The notes under the pieces are model-generated. The model did no database searches. It was not told where the DNA came from and saw nothing but the letters and a program-made list of their open reading frames with translations. Below, piece after piece: positions 28,617-40,856 of a DNA stretch of 64,000 bases. Origin of the DNA: Octopus vulgaris (lineage: Eukaryota); contig OX597815.1 in assembly GCA_951406725.2 (NCBI GenBank), positions 113,770,001 through 113,834,000 on the forward strand, written 5' to 3'. Position numbers and translations under genes: made by a program. Within the stretch, counting starts at the first letter, position 1; each line of letters opens with the position of its first letter.

Positions 28617-28846
28617 GTAAGTATTATAGTTTTGTAATATAAGTGAATGAAATATCTCCTGGAGGGAAAATGATTGAAAGGCTATGGAACTTGAACCACA
28701 AATTATGAAAGGATGGGTGTGAAACAAAATGTTGTTAATGAGGACTTTCTAATGATGTATAAACTTACCTTGCACACATACTAAACTAACACATACACAT
28801 TGAACTAACATATACACTCCTCTAACCTAACCCCTACCTTCTAACC

Positions 28847-29070
28847 CAGTGTTTCTCAACCATTTTTTACAGGTGGACCCCTTCAATTTCTATTTTACTC
28901 GGATGGATCTTAGTCATTCGATGTTTAAAAAATTCACATATTTTTAAAATTAAGTATTCTTAGGAACTGTATTAAAAAATTAAAATATTTGTGTATTGTA
29001 GAAGTATCAAGTCTATTACAGATAAATTTTAACAGCAAAATTTTACATGAACTCCAGTTGAGGACCACTG
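28847..29070. mobile_element. hAT (Charlie-like) MITE
   Basis: TIRs CAGTGTTTCTCAAC / GTTGAGGACCACTG; TSD ttctaacc / ctctaacc. Confidence 0.8.
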
Positions 29071-29512
29071 CTCTAACCCTATGCACACATTATAACCCAA
29101 CAACACACATGCATGCTAACATGATGTGTATGCTAATATAACCCATGTGTGCTGAACTGATACATGCTCACTCATTGAACACATTCACATAGGAAGTACA
29201 CACGTGAGCATTGCAAGTGGAGATGGATTATCTATGATGGATCACAACACCTCAAAACTATACAAGCTACTTTTCCCTCAAATGCCCGGTCACAGGCTGG
29301 ACTTACATTGGATCACATAGCTCCATATAGGTCCACTGAAGTTAAATCTAGTGAGCAATCACCTTTGAAACCACGGTGTTACCAATGGAAACAAACTAAC
29401 AAACAAATGCATACCCACACCCATGCATGCACACGCACATGCATGCGCGCGCGCACACAATTTATTACCTTTGTTGTTTTTTTTATCTACTTTTCTGTAC
29501 TAACAGAATATG

Positions 29513-29569
29513 TTTGTATTTATTTATTTATTTATTTATTTATTTATATATATAGTGTGTGTGTGTGTA

Positions 29570-29649
<80 letters not shown>

Positions 29650-29670
29650 TTCACACACTCACATACATAG
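29513..29670. repeat. Compound (TATT)n/(TG)n/(TA)n/(CA)n microsatellite
   Basis: Direct observation. Confidence 0.97.
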
Positions 29671-30378
29671 TGTATGTGTGTGATATTTTCAATTGAAGTG
29701 AAGAAAAAGGTTTTTCAATGTACATTAGTAGTAAAGTAATCTTTACTGCTGTTCTAAAATCTGACTCTTGATATTTTAGTGTTGTTATTATAGAGCTATT
29801 AACATATCTTGTATGGGTAACTATGATATTTTATTGATATTTATGTTTGGAATCATTTCCCTGTACAAACTAGCCTCTTCTTGTTTCTATATTATTTTTC
29901 AATCCTCTCCTCATATACTGTATAGTTATTATTGTTTCCAATGTTCATTCAGGCTACTATTCAAAACAACTGTCTGGTGTTGGGAATTGGAATTTTTTGC
30001 TTGGTTTCTTTTATTTCTCTCTTTTTTTTTCTAATTCTATACATATTTGGTTATGTATGAGAGAAAAATTTGATTATGCTTCTTGCAACAACATAGTTGG
30101 TATGAATCTTGTTGCGTTTCACATGGTGTAAAAGTTTGTCATCAGTACAACTTTATGGAGACTTTTACTGAAAGTCATTAATTTAATTATTCAGATATAT
30201 AAATTCAGTTTCAAATGGAAGGATATAATAATGATAATAAAGATGGTTTAATAAAGAAAAGCACATTAAGAAAACCATCAGTAATAGTTGAGATAGAGAT
30301 AAAAAAAAAAATGAAAACAAAATAATATTTTTGTAATTTGCAAAAATTACTGAAATTTTTTTTTGTTATACACACCAG

Positions 30379-30414
<36 letters not shown>

Positions 30415-30980
30415 TAGTATATGTTTGTTTTCATTTTCAACTTGACATTTTTTTTTTTTATTACTCCCCTTGCTGTTTTGATTTTCAAGTTCATTTGCTT
30501 GAGATACAATATTTGGCTACAAAATATACAATATTTGGCTACAAAATAATAAATAATTCATAAAAAAAAATATGATAAAATGCAAGTAAAATGTGACCTT
30601 ATAAACTCATAGAATGTGGCTCCTGAAAGAGCTTATGGATTTAAAGTAAATGTTTTTTATCAACACCATTTTAGATCCCTTTACTCGTGTTTGTATGTGC
30701 CGAGGTAGGGCAGGGGTTATTTTACAATAATTTAATTTTGCCACTAATTTTGCCACTTTCTTCCACTAACCAGGAAGTATGAATGGAACCTGTGGAACCT
30801 ATTATAGGTCTGGCAAACAGCTATATACTTTGTTTGGTGTTCAGGGGTCATAACACAATGGTTAATAAGGTTTGTACTGAGGTTTCCAATGCTTCAGCTT
30901 CCAAATCTTTACCCCACCCCCCAAAAAAGTGGGTTATTCCCTCTGTACAACACCTTACTAAGTGTCTTTAACTATAACCC

Positions 30981-31014
<34 letters not shown>

Positions 31015-31974
31015 CATTTGTTTCTTTCTGTATTTAACCCTCCCCACTTATTACTTAACTGCTGGTGTTGGTTGGTTTATGTCCCCATAACTTAGCAGTT
31101 AGAATATATATCAGACTTTAAAAAGTAAGTACTGAGATTAATTCGTTTGACTGCACCCTTTGAAGCAGTGATCCGGCATGGCTGCAGTCCAATGACTGGA
31201 ACAAGTAAAAGATAAAAACAAACTACACAGCCTGTGGCAGATTTTCTAACAAAGAAAAATTTGGTTGCATAAAGCTTGGTTAGTATGTTGATTGTTTATA
31301 ACAGATAAGATGTTTTGACATTCAAAGCTCCTTTAGGAATATATAAATGAAGAGCTACAATTGGGATGTAACAGTTGTGCTGAGTTTTAAATGTAAACAA
31401 TATTTCTCAGAGGTGATGTGTAGAGAAGTCAGTAGTTGTGAGAGATGCTTTGATGCATTAACTATTTATTAAGTGTTATTAGAATGGTACAAAGACTGTA
31501 ATGAATTAGGGAACAAGAAAAGAGAGAAACATAAAGGAAAAGAAAACTCATAAAACAATGAGCTTCTTACAGTTTGCAGAGCTTTCAGTAATTGAATTTC
31601 CCCCTTGTTCTTGAGAGTTGCAACTGTCTAAAATGATGGAGCTTGCTTATTATCTTAAAGATTTATGATTCCTATCTTTTCACTGTTACTATGACTTAAG
31701 CAAAAACCTTTAAATTGCAATGATCCATGTGCCCTGAGGATTTGGAGCCTACTTCTGCACAAATATTTACAAGTGTTTTTGTTAGTTTTCAGTTTTCGAT
31801 TTGATCCTCTATTCTGATTTGTCATTGCTAAAGCAGTGTCTTGTGAAGTGGAAAAATTTCTATCTTGTTTGCTCTTATGCTAGAAAATCTAAAGATAAGC
31901 ATTAACCCTATACATCACTGTGCAAAACTTTTAACTTTGGATTCAAGATTTTTAATTTCCAACAACACTGAATA

Positions 31975-32995
31975 CATCATCATTATCATCATTGTTTAAC
32001 GTCCGCTTTCCATGCTAGCATGGGTTGGACGATTTGACTGAGGACTGGCGAACCAGATGGCTGCACCAGGCTCCAATCTTGATCTGGCAGAGTTTCTACA
32101 GCTGGATACCCTTTCTAACACCAACCACTCCAAGAGTGTTGTGGGTGCTTTTACGTGCCACTGCACAAGGGCCAGTGAGGCGGTACTGGCAACGGCCACA
32201 CTCAAATGGTGTTTTTTACGTGCCACCTGTACAGGACCCAGTCCAGTGGCACTGGCATCGACCTCGCTCGAATGTTTTTTCATGTGCCAGTAAGGTGACT
32301 CTGGTAACGATTACATTTGAATGGTACTTTTTACGTGCCACCAGCACGAAGTCAGTTAGCTGCTCTGGCAATGATCATGCTCAGATGGTGCTCTTAGCGC
32401 TCCACTAGCATGGATGCCAGTCATCGAATTTGATTTCACTTTTTTATTTCACTTGCCTCTTACTTACTTCCTTACTTGTACTTGTGACGGCGTTCACCCA
32501 GGGCGAGTTGAGCTGGCTTCTTCTCTGGTCCTAACGGCATCACGAACCATGGCGGCCCACGAGGTCACTGGAGATAGCAAGCCATTTGCGGTTCCATCTG
32601 CGCAGACCAACCACCTGCAGACCCGAGAGTTCAGAGAGGTCCTCCTTTATCATTGTTGCCTAGGTCTTCAGCTGTCAGCTGGGAAGTGGAGGTGGAAGGA
32701 GGACATCACAAATCAGCTCACCCTCTGGATGCTGGGCCGCATGACTGAACCACCTTAAGCACCATTGTAGAAGCACCAAACGGAGGGGCCGGAGATTCAG
32801 GTGATGATGAAGACCGGCTGTAGGAACCCGATCAATGTGTCGGCAGTGAAGAATGCGGCAGAGGCAGTCATTGTCGAACACCTCCAGCCTTCGCTGATCA
32901 ACTACCCTCATAGGCCATGTTTCACAACCATAGAAGAGGATAGTACGAACTTGCCTCAACAGGTCTTTGCAAGCAGAGTTTAGTGTCCAATGAAA
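31975..32995 (-). mobile_element. RTE-tail-related non-autonomous element with (GAT)n tail and internal ~60-bp tandem units (ttttacgtgccac...ggcactggc...gaatggt); host of the RTE insertion
   Basis: (CAT)n at ~31975-31993. The same tail sequence occurs at 4809-4990, 6345-6470, 26820-27020 and 36030-36070. At least four related units lie at 32150-32410. Confidence 0.7.
32460..32948 (-). mobile_element. RTE-clade LINE 3' fragment with (TAAG)-like tail and 9-bp TSD ACTTGCCTC (32451-32459 / 32949-32957)
   Basis: ORF VRTILFYGCETW...LEVFDNDCLCRIL...LRWFSHAAQ is typical of the RTE RT C-terminus. An exact direct repeat flanks the insert, and CpG is relatively preserved (young copy). Confidence 0.9.
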
Positions 32996-33518
32996 ACCTT
33001 AGTTAAAAATGTATAAAATTGTTTCTAAATTAAGAACAAGGCCAACAGTTTTGAGGGAAGTGTGTTAGTCCCTTACTTTGACCTCAGAACCAGACTGGCA
33101 CTTTATTATCTTAACCCCAGAGGGATGAAAGACAAAGTTGACTTTAATGGGTTTGAACTTGGAAGATAAAAAGCTAAAACAAATATTGCAAAGCAAATTT
33201 TCCAATTCTGCTAATCCACCCCCTTTCAGAAATATCAATAATGGTTTCTAATTCTGGCACAAGGCCAGCAATTTTAAGGGTAGCAGGTTAGCTGTTTACT
33301 TCAATCCCATTGTTCAAGTGGTACTTATTTATAGACCCTGATATATGAAAAGCAAATTCAACCTCAGCAGAATTTGAACTTAGAACATAAGTCTGGAAGA
33401 TATGCCCAGTGTGCTAATGATTTTGCCAGCTTTCCACCTGAAATATTAGTGATAATATTAAAAATAACCATATTCATAATAGTTGGCTCAGCAGGGTCTG
33501 CATTGTTTTTCTCTTTAA

Positions 33519-33740
33519 CCCTTTTGATACCAACTTGCCTGAAATTGCCTCTGGTTCTATAATACAAATGTCTTGTTTTCATAAGTTTTGAATTAAAATC
33601 TTCCAGTAAACCTTAGTCACAATTTATGTTCCTAACACTAGCTTAATGTTAACTAAGTTATTTTACTAAATTCTTTGTTATATTTAAAATTAATTGAAAG
33701 AAACACAGAGCATCTCAACAGAAATATGGTAACAAAAGGG
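33519..33740 (-). mobile_element. TTAA MITE family 1, copy b (inverted)
   Basis: TTAA-CCCTTTTGATACC...GGTAACAAAAGGG-TTAA; reverse complement of copy a. Confidence 0.85.
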
Positions 33741-34647
33741 TTAAATAAATAAACTGCACTGTTTCTACTCTTGTTGCTTCTTGTTAGTTGTTATCCTCTC
33801 TAATGGATACTCTGCATCTAACTACTGTAATTGTCAGCACTGGCCGTTTCCCCATATTGAGAGTTTGGCCTCTGAATTTATTTTTCTTTGATTTTAGGTT
33901 GAAATAAAAATGTCCAAAAAAATTGAGTCAATCAAATTAAAACAAAGGAATTAAACCCTTAGGAAGTCCATTAACAATATGGCTATGGGAAAATACCTCA
34001 GGGGAGTATTCTGCATATTAAATACACATACAGCAAAGCCTCACATATGTAATAGAGTGAACTGTAAAACTTTGATCAACTGAGATTATTAAGGCAATTA
34101 ACTGGCAGAAACTCCCACTAGAGGTGTTTTTTAAAATCTAAAAACAAGCAAGTCAAGGAAATTCATTAAGCCTAACAGCCTCCAATGCCTGCAGTCTTTG
34201 TCAAATTGATTAACAAACTGCTCATGCCTGTGCCCGCATATCCCCCCTCTCCTCTCTCATTAGTGAAGATATTTTAATTAGTAGGAGAGAACTGGTATGC
34301 AGAAATTTAAGTTTTCATTTCTTTACTTGTCCAATGGTTATTGGTAGCAAAAGCACACAAGATTATGTTTTAAATGAATTTACTGCAGGCTCATTATTAA
34401 ATTTATACTGGGATGTAATTTTTAATCAATAGATTTTTAGACCATACAAGCAGCATTTTCATTGCATTCATAATCATGTACTGTAATGTTTTTATACATC
34501 AAAGAAAGTACCTTTGAAGATGCTGTTTATGTATGTGCCTGAAAATATTAGTTATCATGCTTGTACAAACTGTATCATAAGCTATACATTTTCTTTATTA
34601 GCTATAAAATGCATCAGTGACTTATTATTATTATTATTATTATTATT

Positions 34648-35067
34648 CAGTAGTTTTATTTTTATAGCGTGCTTTCACTTCACTACCGAGCGCAGCTCTG
34701 TGTGCCTTGGGTATGTGCTGTGATTTGTTGTGATGCTCTGATGGTTATTGTATGGAAAGTGTTCTGCGTAGGATGTGTGCAGTGCCTAGTAGTGCAATTT
34801 TCTGTATGTTATATGTGTTTGTAAGTCCTGGTGTTTTTGTTATGTATTTGTCTGAATATTTTTTTATCATGCCTAATGCACCTACTATGATAGGAATTGT
34901 TTCTGTTTTCTGATTCCACATTCTAGTTACCTCTATTTCCAGGTCTTTGTATTTTGAGAGTTTCTCCATTTCTTTTAGAGACACGTTGTCATCAGCCGGT
35001 ATTGATACATCAATTAGAAAGCATTTTTTTTCTTCATGATCTCTGACAACTATATCTGACGACTATA
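34648..35067 (-). mobile_element. 5'-truncated R4/Dong-clade non-LTR retrotransposon (restriction-like endonuclease C-terminus plus 3' UTR) inserted in (TAA)n
   Basis: Translates as DIVVRDHEEKKCFLIDVSIPADDNVSLKEMEKLSKYKDLEIEVTRMWNQKTETIPIIVGALG...IQKIALLGTAHILRRTL, which carries the PD..D / KxxKY REL motifs. Flanked on both sides by (TTA)n. Confidence 0.88.
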
Positions 35068-35146
35068 TTATTATTATTATTATTATTATCATTATCATTG
35101 TTATTGTTATTATTATTATTATTATTATTATTGTTGTTATTATTAT

Positions 35147-35595
35147 TAAGGTGGCAAGCTACCAGAATTGGTAGCATGTCAGATGAAATGATTTGTGGTA
35201 TTTCATCTGCCACTACATTCCAAGTTCAAATTCCACCAAGGTTGACTTTGCCTTTCATCCTTTTGGGGTCGATAAAATAAGTACCAGTTGAATACTGGAG
35301 TCGATGTAATCGACTCATCCTCACCTCCCCCAAGCTGCCCTTGTAGCAAAAATTTGAAATAATTATTATTATTATTATTATTAAGGCCGCAAGCTGGCAG
35401 AATCGTTAGCACACTGGGTGAAATGCTTAGTGGTATTTCATCTGTTGCTACGTTCTGAGTTCAAATTCTGCCAAGGTCGACTTTGCCTTTCATCTTTTTA
35501 GGGTTGATAAATTAAGTACCATTTGAGTACTGGGGTTGATGTAATTAACTATCCCACGCCTCCAAATTTCAGGCTTTGTGCCAATAGCAGAAAGG

Positions 35596-35637
<42 letters not shown>
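35147..35637 (+). mobile_element. Two tandem family-A SINEs separated and flanked by (TAT)n
   Basis: Copies at ~35150-35360 and ~35385-35597. Confidence 0.85.
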
Positions 35638-35638
<1 letters not shown>

Positions 35639-36544
35639 GAAAGTATGATTTTCATCGTTATTAGACTATCAATTATAATAAATTTCAACATTGTATCGCC
35701 ATTTTACTTTTCTGTTAGCAGCAAAAATTAAATATTTCTCTGAAATATATAAAGGAAAACCTGTTCTCAGTTTTTGATAAATGATAAATGGATTCAATGC
35801 ATTTGATAGTTCTTAATATTGTAGTGCAAATAAATTAGAGGAATAAGGCATTGTTATTAACTGTATAAAAAAAGTGTTTAAGATTAACTCATTAAAATGG
35901 TATTAGATTTAGACAAGGCCTCTCTTAAATTTTGATGAAGGCTTTGTTTTAACTTTTGCATTATATCTATTAGAACAGACACTAAATCATTCATCTTCCA
36001 GTCAGACAAGAAATATTGGAAAATATATGATATCATCATCATTGTTTAACATCCACCTTCCATGTTGGTATAGGTGAGATGTTTATCAGATATTATTCTA
36101 CAGAGCTGCTTTATCAACAAAATTAGAATATCTCACTCACATCTTATAATTGACGATGGTTTATGATTTAGGCTCAATAGAATTAGAATTTCTAACTAAA
36201 ATGGCTTTCAGACTTAGAACAGTTTGGAAGAAAGCATCTTGCTTAGTATACATCAAGAAAACTGTTGCCTGTTTGATGTTTCGAGGAAATGAAGGAGCCT
36301 CAATGATGCTCAAGCTGTTAGAAGAGAGCTAAATCTTTCTCAAGTCACACCCTACTGTCTTAGAAGAAAAGAAAGGATACATTCGATGAATAAATATAGT
36401 CCTAGATGTGAGACATTTCTCAAAAAAAGAGCAGGTGTTTCGTTGCTGGAATGCCTTTGATCACTAAGGATTGACCTGTGGTTAAATGATGGTGTTTGCT
36501 ATTTGTGTACAAGTTATGTAGGAGTGGGCAGTGAAACTAAGTCC

Positions 36545-36548
<4 letters not shown>

Positions 36549-36596
<48 letters not shown>
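36549..36596. repeat. (AT)n microsatellite
   Basis: Direct observation. Confidence 0.98.
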
Positions 36597-36598
<2 letters not shown>

Positions 36599-39500
36599 AT
36601 TGTTTACATGCCTCTTATTGTTCTGTTTGATACGACTTCATTAATTTAATTATAGCCATTTGACTTCTGTCACTGATGTCCATAGAGAAATGTGTGAACT
36701 TCATGCAATGTCATTTCTCCTCCATAAAACTATTTTGTTTCATTAATATCTTTAAAAGAAAACCTTAGTGACTTCTACTTTGGTATAATGGTAAAGTTGA
36801 AACAGCAGAATGTTTTGCACATTTTTAATGGTTAGGTTCCAAGTAACATTTGACGTTTGTGCAACTTCACATGTTTTGTTCATTATTTTATCTTTTTTTG
36901 TATATGTATATCTTGTGGGCTAGTAAATGATATCATATCATCATCATCATAGTGATTACAAGGTCTTATTCATTCAAGTCAGAAGTCCTGGAAATGAATA
37001 ACTTTGAGACTAGTGGCAGTTTATTCCCCAACTAGGGCTGGTAGCTAGATATCTTCAAGCACCTACAAGCATTATAATGTATATATCCTATGCTTTAATT
37101 TTAGTGGGCAACTGGAATGACATCTTAGACACATGCTAGGATTGTATGGGAATAGCTGTGGTAAAAAAAGGAAGGAACTAACAGCCCTGCAAAGCTACTT
37201 AGGCAATCCCAACTCTTTGAAAGGTATCTTCTCGATTTCCCAGAGTCAAAACTGAATTACCTAGTTTGTATTTTTGGAGTTTTTGTTTGATCTGTGAACA
37301 GGGATAGCATGGTATTTGCAGTTTTAGATAGTTGGTTACCATAGACCATAAGTTTGGGAAGTTCAATATCAAATTAGATAAGATGAAAGACAATTTACTG
37401 GAAGCTGGATGTGTCTTTTTTTTTTGTTTTTGTTTTTGTATTGAAAACTTTTAGCGATCTGATTCATGTACAAGTTAGGAGTTGACATTTGTAAATCATC
37501 AGCAACATCTAGTGTCACTTTATAGTTAGTCTCTCGTCATGGAACAAGATTAGAGCTATTATGGTTTGGAAAGGACATAATAGAAAACAAATAGATTGGA
37601 AGGAGAGTTAGTAGGTAGTTTTAAACAATAGGTGAATAAAAAATACTTCATATAGAACGTACTACCACTGAAAACAATGCCGGACTATTTCTTGATTCAA
37701 AGCACCAAAATTTGTATAATTTGAGCTAAGGTTCATGTTCCTGCATATAAGGGATAGAAAGCTATTTCATGAGCCCAGATGGCAGAGGCATGATGTGGCA
37801 ACAAGATTACAATTTAGTTTTTGATGGATATAATACACATATTCTCAACAGATGTGGGTGGTTTTTCAGAGACACTTTACGCAGGTGTTTGAGGGAACTA
37901 GTGCTAAATATAGACTTTAGAGCCTACTTCAACAATTTGTCATAACAGCAGCTACGAGAAAAGCACTCTGGTTTTGAGAGATACCAAATGCTGTGTTGGA
38001 TAGTCTGCCTTATGAGCTCTATGTTTACATGTTTGTTACTGTATTGGCAGTAAACTTTGGCAAATCAGTGGATTTGCAGCTCAGCAATTAGACAACTTCT
38101 ATTGCTGGAGCAATGGTCTGCTTGATTACAGGTGAATATAAACTGAGATGAGTTTTGAACAAGGTGACCAGTTTCATTCTTTCACTTCTTGTGTAAGGAA
38201 CTGGTTCCATTGGTTAGAATGTCCATCATCTGCCAACATTCTCTATGTTGAAGGCACAAGATGTAGTGGCTGATGATGTGCTGAGGTTTTGACACCTGCA
38301 GATGTTCCTATATGGTAAACAGGCTTATTCATCTCTTGCCAGGCACAATTTTCTACAGTTTGTCTCTGACTCTATGAAGTCTTGGGTTAAATGTAGATCA
38401 AGGTTGACTGCTCCTGCATCTGGAATGTTGTCAGGCAATGCACGTTAGTTGGATAATATTGCCAGTGGAAAATCAACTCATTCATTTTATAAAGGTTTTT
38501 TTTTAAATTTTAGCAAGCATAAGTGACATTCTTCTGAGGGATATTCCAGTTGTAAATGAAGATCAGCACAGCACACTACCCTGGAAGACTTTTGCCTCAG
38601 GAATTCTGCATGAATTTTTGAAGTCTTTGGTCTTGTTGTGCTACTAGAGGGTATAGTTTGTTCAATATAAACTCTGTATTCATAACACTGCTATCGTGTA
38701 TCCATTCAGTGTTTGATCATTGCTAACTTCTGGAGTTTTCATTTTTTGTGTGAGTTACAAAACAAAAAATGCAAGAAAGAAATGAACTCTAATGAATAGC
38801 TTTAATATAAAGGCTGAAAATATGTCTACCAACCTGGTGATATGCTTAGAAAAGCAATTCTGGATTTGTTGTTACTTATTTACATATGGTTTTTACTAAA
38901 TATCAGTTAAATAGTTAACCTTTTCATTTTAATGTTAAATATAATTTAATCCAGCATCTGTTTTTGATGAAAGCCCTTTTCTGACTTCATAAAATCATTC
39001 CATCAACAGAATTTCATTGATTCAAAAGACAGTCAATAGTTCTAAATGCCAGAGTTTGGAATCACAGATTTTTATTAACATTATTTTGCATATTTGTTCA
39101 GTTGAATATGTTATATCACTTGGTTTTAATTTTAAATTGAGATGCAGGCATGAATGTCTGGTTTAGAAGTTCAGTTCAAGACAGTCTTCTACTTCAGCCT
39201 CAGGCTGACCAAGACTTTGTGAGTGAAATTTGGTACATAGAAACTATACAGAAGCTTTGTGTGTGTGTGTTTCCAGTGGTAACATTGTTACTGTCTGCAT
39301 TAATAATATATTCCACAGCTTGGCAATTTGATGTATGAATGCTAGCAGTATAAAGTATTTTACTTGAAAAAAAAAAAAAAAAAAAAAAAGCAGTTTGTAT
39401 TAGGAAGAGTATCCTGCTATTAAATACTGCCTCAAAAAGTCTTATCTAAACCCATACCAGCTTGGTAAAAGTGCATGTAAGAAAGATGTTAGTGATGATG

Positions 39501-40790
39501 CTTTGTAGTCACAACAGAAACTTGAGCTATTGTTATATAAGCTTTGTCACCATATTATATTTATTTTATGAGACAAACATTTTACCGACATTAAACCAAT
39601 TATGATTATACTAAAGACCAACAGTTTTAATTTATCTATTGAATTTAAAAAAATATTTCTTGCAAATGACAAGAAAAATGCTTCGTTATGTAACTCCTTG
39701 TTTCATTGAAACACTTGCTGTATTGTCATACACTGAAAAAAAGTTTTCATTTTAGCGTATGGGGCCTATGGGAAATTAACTGATGTTGCTGCCATGAATG
39801 TGACATAAGAATATTCAAAAATGTTGTCTTCAAGGGTAGATACAACAGTACAAATAACAATGATAATAAATTTTTCATTTTTATATTGAATTTTTAAAAA
39901 ATCTTAACCTGAAAAGCATTTTAGAGGATATAAATTTTTGCTGCCAGCAGTCTGCTTCTAAAATTTCAGATCTGGCTAATGTTAAAATACTGCTCTTAAT
40001 ATATCTCATCTCTCACTAACCAAAAGATGGTGATAATGCAAACAATAGATACTATAGTAATCTCACATATACACTCAATACTCTGTTCCTAATTTTTTTT
40101 TTTTTTTAGAGTGACTCAAGTGAGGAAGAATCTTGGCACCAAAGATATTTTGCCTTTGTGTGCAGAATATATGGCTACACTGATATAGATGTGTAATACA
40201 AATGAATATTTTCACCACACGCTGGGTGAAAATAATGTTGTGATAGATACAAAACATAGAAGCAAACCATGGAAATCTTGGGAAGTAGTGGTGAGGACAG
40301 ATCTGTAAATGTTGGGTTTCGCATATGAGATGATGGATGCTCTATTGAAAACTCTTAACTTCTGCCAGCATCGAAGCAACAATGTTTTAGTGTTGAAACA
40401 AACAATGAAGATGATTCATGCTACAAGACTCATTGTTTTTACTTATCATCGTACCTTATCAATGACTATATTTTCTTAAATATCTTAAATTTTATTTAGA
40501 AAATTATGAATTCATCTTATTGCATAGATTGGATTCTTTAGGAATAATGTAACTGACAGTCATGCATTTCAAGTGTATTTCTGAGTTTATGTTGTTTGGA
40601 TGTTCTGCATGGTTATCTGCTCTGTTGCATCTCATCTCATCTGTCATTGTTAATCCTTGATATTTTCTCCAATATGTTCTGACTTCATTTAACCTGTTTA
40701 TCTGGTGTTTTCAGAGACCATTCGGTCGAACAGTAATCCTTATTTATTCATTTATTTGATAGCTCTACTACTCTCCAAATATCTTTTCAG

Positions 40791-40856
40791 ATGACAGAAG
40801 GCCGCAAAACACAGGTTATTTTGCTGGATGAAAACAGGCTTGATATCACCATACAG
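40791..40856 (+). CDS. FRMD4: FRMD4A/B-like exon, start of FERM F1 lobe: MTEGRKTQVILLDENRLDITIQ
   Basis: Acceptor ttttcAG and donor CAG|GTAAAT; 66 nt, phase 0/0. Closely resembles human FRMD4A MTEGRRCQVHLLDDRKLELLVQ (recalled sequence). Confidence 0.93.

Noticed and set aside
28820-28846. Telomere-like CTAACC motifs
   Set aside because: Only a few degenerate units, partly created by the hAT target-site duplication.
30504-30547. 22-bp perfect tandem duplication
   Set aside because: An ordinary slippage event with no functional signal.
40715-40790. Alternative upstream acceptor for exon 2 (tttcAG at 40713-40714)
   Set aside because: It adds 76 nt, which shifts the frame. There is no supporting evidence.
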